Notes: generated by a model not told the origin, from the sequence alone. Numbered from the stretch's first letter, positions 1-9,530 are shown. The stretch is DNA of 64,000 nt from Caldora sp. (GCA_965222765.1 CBDCVG010000043.1:161053-225052); one strand, 5' to 3'. Made by a program: numbers and translations.

Positions 1-1101
1 AAGAATCGCTGTCTTGAGACTAGCAATTAGACGTTGAATGGTAGATGGGTTGAGTTGCTCTATACTCAAACCTTGGGCTATACGTTTTGCTTCAACGTAG
101 TTTTGACTAATAGCCAACAAGTTTTGCACCAATCGCTGTTTACTAGCAGGCTGTTCACGGAACTGTTTTTGGACACCTTCGTAAACCACTTCCCACAGTC
201 GAGGTACACCTACCATCAAATTGGGTTGGAATTTTTGGAAATCTTTTTTGAAATTCCGCTGGTTGGTATACATTTGGGTGCATCCCTGAGAAAGTAGAAA
301 ATACTCCGCCGCTCGCTCGTAAGAGTGCCAAGTAGGTAGTATAGAAAGGATGCGATCGCCTGGTTGGAACACTAAGACTGCACCAAAGGTGGTAACTTGG
401 TGCATTAGGTTGCCATGGGTCAGCATTACACCTTTAGGTTTGCCAGTCGTACCAGATGTATAGATCAGGGTTGCTAGAGTTTCCCGATTGTAGTTAAAGC
501 TTGTTAGTTGATGGGATGCTCCAGCAAGCATTAGCTGGTTGTAGTTGAGAATTTGCCCAGTTTCCTCTGCTGGAGGCTCTTCTTCTGAGAGGAGAACAAC
601 CCACTCAATCGGCAGTTGATCCAAACGCTCTTGCAGTTTCTTGAGGGTATTAAGGTTTTCCACCAGTAAACCAACGCTGCCACTATCAGCCAAAATATAA
701 AGCAGTTCCTCTTTTTCTGCTTGGGAACTACGCACCACATTCGCTGCTCCTGCGGTCATGGTACCCTGGTCAGCAATCAGCCATCGGGGACTGTTATCGG
801 CAAACAAGGCAATTCTCTTAGGAATACCAGCTTCATCTAATCCTGGTTGGAAGCCAATTGCCTGCAAACCAGCGGCAAATTGCTGAATTTGCTGGTGCAA
901 CTCGGCATAGGTCAAACTTGTAGGCTCAGCACCGTAGGCTCCTACAGCATGGGGATCTTTGAGGACAATAGTGCTGCCAAAGCTTTGAGCAGCTAAGGGC
1001 CAGACATCTGTTAGCAACTCAACTGAAGAATAATCGGCACTGCGTTGGAGATTAGTCAGCTCTTGCTGGGTAAGGCGGTTGGTAGGATGGTTTTTTAACA
1101 T
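1..1101 (-). CDS. AMP-dependent synthetase/ligase (long-chain acyl-CoA/acyl-ACP synthetase-like). The N-terminal ~366 aa are present; the 3' end runs off the window start.
   Basis: Minus-strand translation starts at the ATG at 1101..1099 (MLKNHPTNRLTQQELTNL...). It contains the AMP-binding signature IYTSGTTGKPKGVMLTHGNL. The six-frame track missed it because there is no stop inside the window. Confidence 0.85.
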   Translation of the reverse strand, partial: MLKNHPTNRLTQQELTNLQRSADYSSVELLTDVWPLAAQSFGSTIVLKDPHAVGAYGAEPTSLTYAELHQQIQQFAAGLQAIGFQPGLDEAGIPKRIALFADNSPRWLIADQGTMTAGAANVVRSSQAEKEELLYILADSGSVGLLVENLNTLKKLQERLDQLPIEWVVLLSEEEPPAEETGQILNYNQLMLAGASHQLTSFNYNRETLATLIYTSGTTGKPKGVMLTHGNLMHQVTTFGAVLVFQPGDRILSILPTWHSYERAAEYFLLSQGCTQMYTNQRNFKKDFQKFQPNLMVGVPRLWEVVYEGVQKQFREQPASKQRLVQNLLAISQNYVEAKRIAQGLSIEQLNPSTIQRLIASLKTAIL

Positions 1102-1225
1102 AACTCCCCCATTTGGGTCGGTTTTATGTTTCTACCATATTCCTGTACTGAGGGAGTAGAGAAGCTTCGGTAGACACAATTGTTTCTGTCTGCGATTTGT
1201 TGTTTGTTGTTTCTGGAGTTTTAGC

Positions 1226-1327
1226 GCACCGTAACGGAATTATGTCATCCTGAGCGATAGCGAAGGACCTCCAGACGGCCGGTGATGCTTCACTATCACC
1301 TCAGCATAACAGTTGAGTGCGTAAGTC
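1226..1327. repeat. ~100-bp dispersed element, copy A (gcaccgtaa...gtcatcctgagcg.tagcgaagga...cagttgagtgcgtaagtc)
   Basis: About 90% identical to 38190..38291 in the same orientation. It lies ~120 bp upstream of the start of a minus-strand gene. Confidence 0.7.
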
Positions 1328-1390
1328 CTTTAAATTCCAAAAGCGATCGCATTTTCTAGGTTGAACAATGTAGTAGAGATTAATGTGTTG

Positions 1391-1816
1391 TCAAGCGGCT
1401 TGCTCTTCTTTGACTGTCACAGATAGTTTCAAACCTAGCTCGTTTAACAGTCTTGCAATTACAGGAAGTCTTGGCACTTCTTCCTGAAAAAGCAATTGAT
1501 AGTAATTCTCCAAATCAGAATTAGGTTCGTTTGAAGCTTCAATCAGACTGCTGTGGGCTTCTGCTACATTTTTCAATGCTAGTAGAATATGCTCAAGATC
1601 ACCATCCTCCAAGACAGTATCTAGATAAGCAGCCGCCTCTGCCGGATCTTTTAAAGATTCGATTAGATAGGATTGGTAGCTCTTATGAGTTGGTATTTCG
1701 TCTTTTGTTACGATAGAGCTAATTCCCTTGGCTGTGCCTCCATAAACCCCATATTCTAATCTAGTTTTGAAAATACATAAGTAATAATACTGAATTTTAT
1801 GTCGCCAACACTTCTC
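1391..1816 (-). pseudogene. HigA-like addiction-module antidote (TIGR02684-like) remnant. It has an open frame but no canonical start until a TTG at 1612.
   Basis: The translation ...HKSYQSYLIESLKDPAEAAAYLDTVLEDGDLEHILLALKNVAEA...PRLPVIARLLNELGLKLSV matches the antidote-family pattern (fDpaeYL..peaiaaYLnaaLedGD...vL.aLG.rLsv). The upstream part of the frame is overlapped by the AT-rich T5orf172 insert boundary. Confidence 0.35.
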
Positions 1817-3169
1817 TTATTAGTCGTATTAGCCTTAAGTGGTGTATTGATATACTCAGGTAGTGAATTAATAAAAATACAGCGTAAGAATGACAAACTA
1901 CGAGAAGAATTACTTAGGTATGAAAGTCTTTCTTCTCTGGAAGAAGAAAAAATTAAACTATATTCAAATATTGCCGACCTTGAAAGTAAACGAGAATTCT
2001 TAAACACTCAAATTAGAGAACTTCAACAGAAGTCTGGTGAGCTTGAGGCAAAAGCTTATCTTCAGGCTATAGATTCTTATGAACCAAAATATGATTTTAT
2101 AAATTCTGTAGATTACATCAATCGACTGCAAAACATTAAAAGACAGCAAGAAAGAATGCGAAAAAATGAACAAGCATTTATTTGTAATACTCAATGGAAA
2201 GTGAGAGAAAGTGAGAGAGAAGGAACAAAAATGATAAAAGACCTTCTCAAGCTGGTAGAGTTTTCATTTGAAACTCAATGTAAGTATAACACCAAAGAAG
2301 TTAGATACAATAATGTTGATAGTTTAAAGAAAAAAACAAATACCACTTTTAAAAAAATAAATAATTTTTTAAAAAAGATAGATTGTAGAATTTCAGTTGA
2401 GTACTTAGAACTCAAGTTGATAGAATTAGATCTACATTATGAGTTAGAAGAAAAAATACAACAAGAAAAGGAAAGAGAGAAAGTAATTCGCGATCAAATT
2501 AGACAAGAAGAGAAAGAGCGTCGTCAATTAGAAAAGGCTAGAAGAGAAGCTGAAGAAGCTGAGGAAATAGAAAAGCAATATGAAGAAGACATTGACAAAC
2601 TGCGTCGAGAAATGGAACAAGCAGTAGGTCTACAGCTAGACGACTATAATCGTCAAATTAAACATTTACAGGAGCAACTTGGTAAAGCTCAAATAAATAA
2701 AGAAAAAGCTATTTCAACTTTCACAAGACTTAAGTCCGGCTACATTTATGTAATTTCTAACATTGGATCTCTTGGACGAGATGTATATAGAATATTTATG
2801 ACTAAAAATAGTAATCCAGATGCATATATCAGAACAATGAATCCTATAGTTCCATTCCAATTTGATGTGCAGTTCAAGATTTTTTCAGAAGATGCTTCAG
2901 AGACAGTACAGCATTTACATCAGGAGTTCAATGATAAAAGAGTAAATACAGATAATCAAAGAAGGGAGTTTTTTAAAGTTTCATTTGATGAAATCGATCA
3001 GTTTGTACAAAAAATTTATAGAGAGACTGGAGCTTTAACAATTGAAAAACGTGAAAAAGTACCTCAGGCTCTTGAATATCGTAGAACTAGAGCTGCTGAG
3101 CGGAGAAAGGATAATCACACAAATTTAAATAATGTCTATGCACAAGAAGGTCAAATGGCTCAAGAATAG
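1799..3169 (+). CDS. DUF4041 coiled-coil protein with a C-terminal T5orf172 (GIY-YIG-like) domain, sitting in an AT-rich insert
   Basis: The N-terminus has a TM helix plus long coiled coils (E/K/R/Q-rich). The C-terminus reads GYIYVISNIGSLGRDVYRIFMTKN...VPFQFDVQFKIFSEDASETVQHLHQEFNDKRV...REFFKVSFDEI, the typical T5orf172 arrangement. GC drops sharply from ~1750 to 3200. Confidence 0.6.
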   Translation: MSPTLLLLVVLALSGVLIYSGSELIKIQRKNDKLREELLRYESLSSLEEEKIKLYSNIADLESKREFLNTQIRELQQKSGELEAKAYLQAIDSYEPKYDFINSVDYINRLQNIKRQQERMRKNEQAFICNTQWKVRESEREGTKMIKDLLKLVEFSFETQCKYNTKEVRYNNVDSLKKKTNTTFKKINNFLKKIDCRISVEYLELKLIELDLHYELEEKIQQEKEREKVIRDQIRQEEKERRQLEKARREAEEAEEIEKQYEEDIDKLRREMEQAVGLQLDDYNRQIKHLQEQLGKAQINKEKAISTFTRLKSGYIYVISNIGSLGRDVYRIFMTKNSNPDAYIRTMNPIVPFQFDVQFKIFSEDASETVQHLHQEFNDKRVNTDNQRREFFKVSFDEIDQFVQKIYRETGALTIEKREKVPQALEYRRTRAAERRKDNHTNLNNVYAQEGQMAQE

Positions 3170-3202
3170 GAACGAATTAATAAAATACTGAACTTGAATA
3201 AG

Positions 3203-4588
3203 TTATAAAGAGCGAATGATTCTAAAACCAATATTTTGAGAGTTTTTGTTAGTATTACCGTGCCAACGGTAAGCAGAGCGACATCGTAGGGGTTCGTTAC
3301 GCCATGAGCCACCACGCATGACACGAGTTTGATTTTCACTATTGTCTAGCCATTTATCTCCATTAGTAGGTGCATCATTGTAACTATCATGCCAATGATC
3401 TAAACACCACTCCCAAACATTACCATGCATATCGAACAGTCCAAAAGCATTAGCTATCTGGAAATGTCCCACTAGAGTAGTTTTTTGAAGATAAATTCCT
3501 TTAGGTTCTGAGCGATAGGGATAGCGACCATCATAATTAGCTAAGTTGCTAGTAATAGTTTCCCCAAAGTGAAAAGGGGTTGTAGTCCCAGCACGACAGG
3601 CATATTCCCACTCTGCTTCACTAGGAAGGCGATACTCGTGACCTGTTTTTTGAGATAAGCGATCGCAAAACTCGACCACATCATGCCAAGAAATTTCGGT
3701 AACGGGGTGACTTTTACCTCCAAGACGCGACGGACGAAGTTTGAGCTTCTGACGGACTTCAGTTAAAGAAGCAACTTCTTTCCACTGTGCTTTTGTAATA
3801 GGGTACTTGCTTATTAAAAATGGTTTGATTGCTACTGAGTGTTGAGGTCTTTCATTAGAGTATCGCTTTCCTTCTGTTTCCGGTGAACCCATTAAAAATG
3901 CTCTTCCCGGAATATAAACCATCTCTAAAGTTACCCCATTGCTAAGGTCTTCTGTTAAGTAGTGAGCTTGTCTTTGACGACGGCTAATCTCTTTGCCTTG
4001 GATATCTACCGTCACTGTTGTAAATTCAAAGGCTTGAATACCAGGAAGTGATGGGATAACTAACTTAGCTTCTTCTGACTCCTTCAATTCTTCTGCATTT
4101 TGACTAGAAGTAGAAAGGATAAACTGATTATCTGGCTGCCTAGTGAATTGTGACTGGGTTGGAGATTTTAAATTAGTATTGCTATACGTGCCTGTAAAAT
4201 TTTGCGAAGTGACTTGACCAAAGTCTGAGTTGAAACGTTTCAATGGTTGACTGCTTTTGTACTCGATACATTCGCGATTGAGTTTTTGAGTATCTAAAAC
4301 TGTAATCTCCGCGATGATATTGTTTAGTTTATTCCTGGCTTCAAAACCAACCCACGCACTATTTGCAAACTCATTAAGGAATTTTAATGATTGAACTTGT
4401 CCTTCACAGAAGATGAGTTCAATCAATTCTGAAAAAAAGACTAAATTATTTTTTTCAAAAGAATCTATTTTGGCACTTAGATGCTCAAATCCTGTGATCA
4501 TCAAGAGCGCTCTACGTTCTGGAACAGTTTGAGTCTTCGGCAAATAGGCTAGCAACTCCACTAACTGAGATTTGATACTCATAATCAT
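3203..4588 (-). CDS. Effector protein with an N-terminal adaptor (EAD-like) domain and a C-terminal formylglycine-generating-enzyme (FGE-sulfatase/SUMF1) domain
   Basis: The C-terminus carries RLPSEAEWEYACRAGTTTPF...GNVWEWCLDHW...MRGGSW...RSAYR (the FGE-sulfatase family signature). The N-terminal ~90 aa (LVELLAYLPKTQTVPERRALLMITGFEHLSAKID) are homologous to the N-terminus of the adjacent protease gene. Confidence 0.8.
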   Translation of the reverse strand: MIMSIKSQLVELLAYLPKTQTVPERRALLMITGFEHLSAKIDSFEKNNLVFFSELIELIFCEGQVQSLKFLNEFANSAWVGFEARNKLNNIIAEITVLDTQKLNRECIEYKSSQPLKRFNSDFGQVTSQNFTGTYSNTNLKSPTQSQFTRQPDNQFILSTSSQNAEELKESEEAKLVIPSLPGIQAFEFTTVTVDIQGKEISRRQRQAHYLTEDLSNGVTLEMVYIPGRAFLMGSPETEGKRYSNERPQHSVAIKPFLISKYPITKAQWKEVASLTEVRQKLKLRPSRLGGKSHPVTEISWHDVVEFCDRLSQKTGHEYRLPSEAEWEYACRAGTTTPFHFGETITSNLANYDGRYPYRSEPKGIYLQKTTLVGHFQIANAFGLFDMHGNVWEWCLDHWHDSYNDAPTNGDKWLDNSENQTRVMRGGSWRNEPLRCRSAYRWHGNTNKNSQNIGFRIIRSL

Positions 4589-4630
4589 TGAACTTTAGAT
4601 GCTTGTAGAACCTCTCCAAAACTGGGTAGT

Positions 4631-5686
4631 CTATTGTGCTGCCCTGAGCAGATTTACAAGCTGTGAAGGTAAGTCAGCTAAAATACTCTCTACCAGTATG
4701 CCTTCATTTCTGAAGTAACGCTGCTGAGTTATTGGTTCAGAGATATTAACTCCAGCATGATGCAAAGCAACAACCTCCCACATATCATTAAAGACTGGAG
4801 AGCCAGAAGAGCCTGGTAAGGTAGAGGTTATATACTGCACCACATTACTACCCACGTATTGAACAAAGTTGTTTTGTAGTGAAATTTGCTTAGGTTGTCC
4901 TAATGGGTGCTGAATAATATTAACTCGGTTATCCTTACGAATCACTTTCGGTAAGAGTGGTAAACAGCTCCATTTTTGTCCAGGTTCCCCTTCAAGTTGA
5001 ACTAAAGTATAGTCAAGAGCTTTGTTTGTATGAAAAACTCCATTAAATTTAGCTCGATACTCATCTGTTGGTTGTGCTTCTCCTTGAAAGTTCTCTTCGT
5101 AGTTAAAACGAAAAATTGTATCTGACAGTAAATTTGAATCAGGTAAAACATGATTGTTAGTCATAAACAAATCCTGAGTCACTAGAAATCCTGTACCTGA
5201 CCAACGTTCTTGGCTTGTTCGTACCCCAACATAGGCAACTGACTGCCCTACTTGAATCCCCTTTTGCAAGAATGAGATTGGGCGCAGCGTATTCTCACCA
5301 ATTATGTTCTCTAACACCTCTGTGGGAGTTTCTCTACCTCGCCACTGATCAATAGCAGGTAAAGTAGAGATAGGAGTCATCATCTCATACTTCGTCAGCA
5401 ACCTGTCTAAAAATTCTTGCTGCTGAACTCCTACAAAGCCTTTCAGAGTGTTTAAGAACAACCCTAGTGCCTCATGGTCATAGGTTAAACGCCCGCGATT
5501 AGACAAATAGCTCACGATCTCACTAACTGCCACAAATGAAGCACCAGAAAGATCAATCATTGGAGCTAATTCTTGTAGTCCTGCTAGCTCTAAAATTTGC
5601 TGACGCGATCGCTGTGTAGTTAGCTCTGGTAGCTCTTTTAGGAGAGTTATTAACTGCTTGCGGTCTTCAATTTCTAAATTGACCAT
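4631..5686 (-). CDS. Effector protein with the same N-terminal adaptor (EAD-like) domain and a C-terminal trypsin-like serine protease domain
   Basis: The protease motifs are GTGFLVTQDLFMTNNHV and GSSGSPVF (Ser-His catalytic region). The N-terminus MVNLEIEDRKQLITLLKELPELTTQRSRQQILELAGLQELAPMID aligns with the FGE gene's N-terminus. The first ATG is at 5686; a TTG at 5707 is also possible. Confidence 0.8.
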   Translation of the reverse strand: MVNLEIEDRKQLITLLKELPELTTQRSRQQILELAGLQELAPMIDLSGASFVAVSEIVSYLSNRGRLTYDHEALGLFLNTLKGFVGVQQQEFLDRLLTKYEMMTPISTLPAIDQWRGRETPTEVLENIIGENTLRPISFLQKGIQVGQSVAYVGVRTSQERWSGTGFLVTQDLFMTNNHVLPDSNLLSDTIFRFNYEENFQGEAQPTDEYRAKFNGVFHTNKALDYTLVQLEGEPGQKWSCLPLLPKVIRKDNRVNIIQHPLGQPKQISLQNNFVQYVGSNVVQYITSTLPGSSGSPVFNDMWEVVALHHAGVNISEPITQQRYFRNEGILVESILADLPSQLVNLLRAAQ

Positions 5687-5758
5687 ATAAATAACAAACT
5701 TGTGCAAATAATGCCGAAAAACAAACGTTTGAAACTGAATAACTCGTGATACTCCGAA

Positions 5759-6661
5759 TTAATGTAGCGACTGGAGAGCTTTTACCTGCCCTTCAGATAA
5801 TCCCAATAGTTGAGTAACTTGTTCAATATCCATTCCTGTTGCCAATAAATTTCGGGCAGCTTGCAGTAATTGAGCTTGAGTCTCTTCCTTAGATTTTTCT
5901 GCTTGCTCTGTATCGGTTAACAGCCAGTTACCTGCACTATCGCACCAGCGCAACCAATAACCTGGGATATTTTCAAACACCCCTTCCCAAATTCCCAAGC
6001 CAATTTCTAAATCAGCTAACCAAGCGATCGCATTTTCTGGGTTGAGCGATTGCTCCTGATATTGTCCTCCATCCAGCTTAAAATAGCGCAACTTTTGAGT
6101 GTAGCGGCTATAGACAAGGTAGTGAGGAATCCGCAAATATCGCTCATATACTTCTAGCTTGGCAGGAAGTTTGGTGGCAGTTTGTTCTGAGCCATTCTCC
6201 CTAGGATTAACAGCTGGAGTATCTGATTCTGCATTTACCGTTTCATTGTAGAAGCGTCCCAAATCTTCAACTTCAGTACCTGGAGACAAAAACTCAATCG
6301 CCACATAGGGACTTTTGCCTTCCTGCCAAATGACATAGCTTCGCCGTAGCTCTTTACCATCATACAAACGAGGCACATCAATTGCTAAAAACCAATCAGG
6401 ACGCTTATACCAAAGAGGATGATTGACATCGTAGTAGAGATTGAGGTCAGAGGCAGTAAAATAATTTTCACGAGTGTAACCACTCAACTGCAGGGTGCGA
6501 CTGAGCAATTGTGGTTGAAGGTCATGAAATTCATCAGGCAAACCGGGCTCCTCTGGGTTTTCACTGGGCAGATCATACATCGTGGGCAGTGTTTCACGCG
6601 CTGATCTTGGGGGATCTACCTGTTCGAGTATTGGTTTATGTGTGATGGAAACCATAGCCAA
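5759..6661 (-). CDS. Uma2 family endonuclease (DUF820, PD-(D/E)xK-like) with a C-terminal extension
   Basis: Contains the motif stretch LPDEFHDLQPQLLSRTL...YFTASDLNLYYD...PDWFLA...VIWQEGKSPYVAIEFLSPGT, typical of this abundant cyanobacterial family. Confidence 0.75.
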   Translation of the reverse strand: MAMVSITHKPILEQVDPPRSARETLPTMYDLPSENPEEPGLPDEFHDLQPQLLSRTLQLSGYTRENYFTASDLNLYYDVNHPLWYKRPDWFLAIDVPRLYDGKELRRSYVIWQEGKSPYVAIEFLSPGTEVEDLGRFYNETVNAESDTPAVNPRENGSEQTATKLPAKLEVYERYLRIPHYLVYSRYTQKLRYFKLDGGQYQEQSLNPENAIAWLADLEIGLGIWEGVFENIPGYWLRWCDSAGNWLLTDTEQAEKSKEETQAQLLQAARNLLATGMDIEQVTQLLGLSEGQVKALQSLH

Positions 6662-6713
6662 CCTCTTTTACGATATAGACAATGAGCCTGTGATCTAAAT
6701 CCAGTTTAACTAG

Positions 6714-6830
6714 ACTAGTACCGCTGCGCGGAATTAAGAATTAAGAATTAAGAATTAAGAATGCTTATAGTACGAGCAGAGTAAACTTCCTCAACTAAGT
6801 CTTCTGCCGTGCGTGGATCATCTTGCCAAG
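6714..6830 (+). mobile_element. MITE-like element, copy 1: left TIR ACTAGTACCGCTGCGCGG plus 4x AATTAAG; the right end is degenerate
   Basis: The left ~60 bp are identical to the elements at 20742 and 12941 (reverse complement). The right TIR is only partly recognisable (cttctgccgtgcg). It sits 53 bp upstream of the Uma2 start codon. Confidence 0.6.
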
Positions 6831-7041
6831 CTCCACATGTCTCTAAAAACATTTGCTGCTGTCAAGGATGAGAAATTTGCCAGCATCTCTGTTCGCTCCC
6901 AGTTTTCACTTTTTTTAACCACCAATTCCCAGACGACTGGCTAAACCGGGAGTCCAGGGGATAAGAGTTGCTGCCATCAAAAACAGTGCCAATAAAGCCA
7001 AAATTGCTCTAGTGTCATCCGGTTCTGTAATTTCATTAAGG

Positions 7042-8454
7042 TTAGGGACGCTCCTGGCCTCTTTGCAAGAACAGAATCACGATCGCCCAGTACAAAATGA
7101 GGGGATTTGCCGGATTCAAAAAAGCGACTATTCCTAGGATAATCAGGGTGGCAATGGTAGTGCGTCGAGCTATTTTACGTCCGTAGATTGCCTGAACAAT
7201 TCGCCCTCCATCTAACTGCCCTGCTGGCATTAAGTTCAAGGCTGTGATGAGTAAGCCTAACCAACCCATAATTGTCAGTGGGTGAATGTCAACTAATGTC
7301 CCTTGCAAAGAAGCTCCAAGGAAAACTCTTGCCATCCCTCCCACCAAAATAGAACCTTGGAAAAACTGAGATGGAACCTGCAAAGAACTGCCTTCATGAG
7401 AAAGCAATAATCCGCCAATGAGTAGCAGTAGAGAAACAATACCACCAACTGCTGGTCCGGCTAGAGAGATGTCAAACAAGGCTGTGCGGTTAGCCAACAG
7501 AGATTCAAAGCGGGTAATAGCACCAAAAGAGCCGATTTGCCAACTGGGGATGAAAAAAGGTAGACCGATGCGCACATTGTAGCGCTTCCCTTGCCACCAA
7601 TGGCCGAGTTCGTGAGCGATCAACACTGTCCAAATCCCGACACTAATGGGTAATGCTTCTGGAAATCGCTCCAGATTATTGAAAAAATCAAATTTCAGTA
7701 GCAAGCTAGCTGCTTCCAAAGTAGTGGCAATGGTAACAAGGAACAGGACAGCTGCCAGAATTTTCTGGGATACTGTTGCTGGTTCTGGATCATTGCTACT
7801 AGGTAGAACAATGATTACCGGTTTACCTTCAGGTCCTTCAACTAAAAATAACCGATAGCGATCGCCTAATCGCTCCTCCAAGTTGGTAGATAAGCGGGAA
7901 TACACAGTCTCTGGTTCTTTTCCCCGCAAATTACCTTTAAAAATCACCCCTTCCTGATAGGGAATTGTTTCTGTGCTAAAAAACGTATCAATGCCAAAAA
8001 TTTCTTGGATGTTCTTGAGATCTTCATCGGGAATGGGAGCTATCTCAGGAGCAACATTCTTACCCTGGGAAGGCGGTGGAGAATTTTCAGCAGTTGTGCT
8101 ATTCTCTGCATCTGAGGTTTCGATTGTGCTGCCTTGTTGTTGCTCGTTTAGTAGCTTCTTCGTACGTTCTCGCAATAACTCATCCTGTCCAGCAGCACGC
8201 AAACGCTTACCCAAGTAGATATACAACCCAGCAGAAGCAACTATTAAGAATAATATGCCGACGATATTGACGTAAATGCCAGCAGCAAGCAAGCCAAAAA
8301 ACAGCAGCCAGGGAACTGTTAAAACGACTGATTGCGACCAGGCTAAGATTCCTAGTTTACCGAAAGACTGAGCACGTTTGAAGCCCCAAGCTAACACACC
8401 AAGCGCCAGCAAGATAATCAAAATAGTTGCAGTAGTCTCTGATCCGTTAAACAT
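7042..8454 (-). CDS. Site-2 protease family zinc metallopeptidase (peptidase M50) with an N-terminal multi-TM region
   Basis: Contains the HExxH motif LIAHELGHWWQG, multiple hydrophobic helices, and the C-terminal LDGGRIV motif typical of M50. Confidence 0.8.
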   Translation of the reverse strand: MFNGSETTATILIILLALGVLAWGFKRAQSFGKLGILAWSQSVVLTVPWLLFFGLLAAGIYVNIVGILFLIVASAGLYIYLGKRLRAAGQDELLRERTKKLLNEQQQGSTIETSDAENSTTAENSPPPSQGKNVAPEIAPIPDEDLKNIQEIFGIDTFFSTETIPYQEGVIFKGNLRGKEPETVYSRLSTNLEERLGDRYRLFLVEGPEGKPVIIVLPSSNDPEPATVSQKILAAVLFLVTIATTLEAASLLLKFDFFNNLERFPEALPISVGIWTVLIAHELGHWWQGKRYNVRIGLPFFIPSWQIGSFGAITRFESLLANRTALFDISLAGPAVGGIVSLLLLIGGLLLSHEGSSLQVPSQFFQGSILVGGMARVFLGASLQGTLVDIHPLTIMGWLGLLITALNLMPAGQLDGGRIVQAIYGRKIARRTTIATLIILGIVAFLNPANPLILYWAIVILFLQRGQERP

Positions 8455-8496
8455 TTTGGTTATCCGTTATTGTTTATTAGCCAAATACTTGTGGGC

Positions 8497-9426
8497 TTAA
8501 CTATCTGCACTACCATTTTTCCAACTTTGGACAGCGGCTCTGAGATTACCTTGGTGTTGAGCAAGTAAGCGATCGCTTTGTTTATTATCTAATCTAGTCC
8601 AATGCATTAGCAATGCTAGTTTCACCTTGCGTCCACTACGCTCTAGTAATAAACCAGCCTCTTTCCGGCTCAAACTGGTGAGGTCTTGCAAAATTCGCAG
8701 TGCCCGATCATGCAGTTTTGTGTTAGTAACTGCCACATCTACCATGCGATTACCATAGACTTTGCCTAACTGCACCATAACTCCAGTCGAGAGAATGTTC
8801 AATGCCATTTTAGTCACAGTACCAGCTTTTAGTCGTGTGGAGCCAGTTAGTATTTCAGGTCCCACGAGTAATCGAATATCTAAATCAGCTTCAATGCTTA
8901 CTTGCTCAGTTGGTACACAAGCGAGCAAAATAGTAGTCGCTCCCCGCTGTCGTGCTGCTTGGATTGCTCCATGGACAAAAGGTGTAGTTCCACCAGCACT
9001 AATACCAACAACAACATCTAACTCAGTGATATGACGATGAGCAATTGCTTCTGCTCCATCTTCTTTTCGATCTTCCAAATCTTCTGAGCTGCGCACCAAT
9101 GCTCCTGCTCCTCCAGCAATTATCCCCTGTACCAACTCTGGTGGCGTACAAAAGGTGGGGGGACACTCAGCAGCATCAAGTACTCCTAAGCGTCCACTGG
9201 TTCCGGCTCCGACATAAAAGAGGTGTCCCCCCTTGCCTAGAGCCTTAGCTGTACAATCAATTGCTTGGGCTAGTTGGATGCGAGCAGCAGCGATCGCGCT
9301 GAGAGTTTTGGCATCTTCGCGATTAAACAACTCTACCAGTTCTAGGGAAGTTAACTGGTCAAGGTTCTGGCTATCGGGGTTAATTTGCTCGGTCAAAAGA
9401 TGACCCCGCTCTTGTGAATCAGTCAT
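8497..9426 (-). CDS. murQ: N-acetylmuramic acid 6-phosphate etherase
   Basis: SIS-domain protein with GKGGHLFYVGAGTSGRLGVLDAAECPPTF and a conserved C-terminus. Confidence 0.88.
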   Translation of the reverse strand: MTDSQERGHLLTEQINPDSQNLDQLTSLELVELFNREDAKTLSAIAAARIQLAQAIDCTAKALGKGGHLFYVGAGTSGRLGVLDAAECPPTFCTPPELVQGIIAGGAGALVRSSEDLEDRKEDGAEAIAHRHITELDVVVGISAGGTTPFVHGAIQAARQRGATTILLACVPTEQVSIEADLDIRLLVGPEILTGSTRLKAGTVTKMALNILSTGVMVQLGKVYGNRMVDVAVTNTKLHDRALRILQDLTSLSRKEAGLLLERSGRKVKLALLMHWTRLDNKQSDRLLAQHQGNLRAAVQSWKNGSADS

Positions 9427-9530
9427 TGGTTATTAGTCATTGGTTATTGGTCATTGGTCATTGGTTATTGGTCATTAGTCATTGGTACAAACAACAAATA
9501 ACAAACAACAAATTACAACAATCCTTCCAA
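9417..9530. repeat. STRR-type tandem heptamer array (CATTGGT/TATTGGT, then ACAACAA-like)
   Basis: About 10 tandem 7-nt units are visible directly. Confidence 0.9.

Noticed and set aside
34-297. 87-aa plus-strand ORF at the window start
   Set aside because: It lies antisense inside the clearly coding minus-strand acyl-CoA synthetase gene (the TSGTTGKPKG motif is on the other strand); judged spurious.
1756-2194. Minus-strand ORFs 1756..2007 and 2000..2194
   Set aside because: They are antisense to the 456-aa DUF4041/T5orf172 gene, in AT-rich DNA where random ORFs are common; low-complexity translations.
7646-8270. Three plus-strand ORFs (7646, 7973, 8076) inside the M50 protease gene
   Set aside because: They are antisense to a well-supported HExxH metalloprotease gene and have Ser/Arg-rich, low-complexity translations.
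9417-9530. Tandem repeat arrays as possible CRISPR
   Set aside because: The units are 7 nt with no spacers, and no cas genes are present; these are STRR repeats, not CRISPR.
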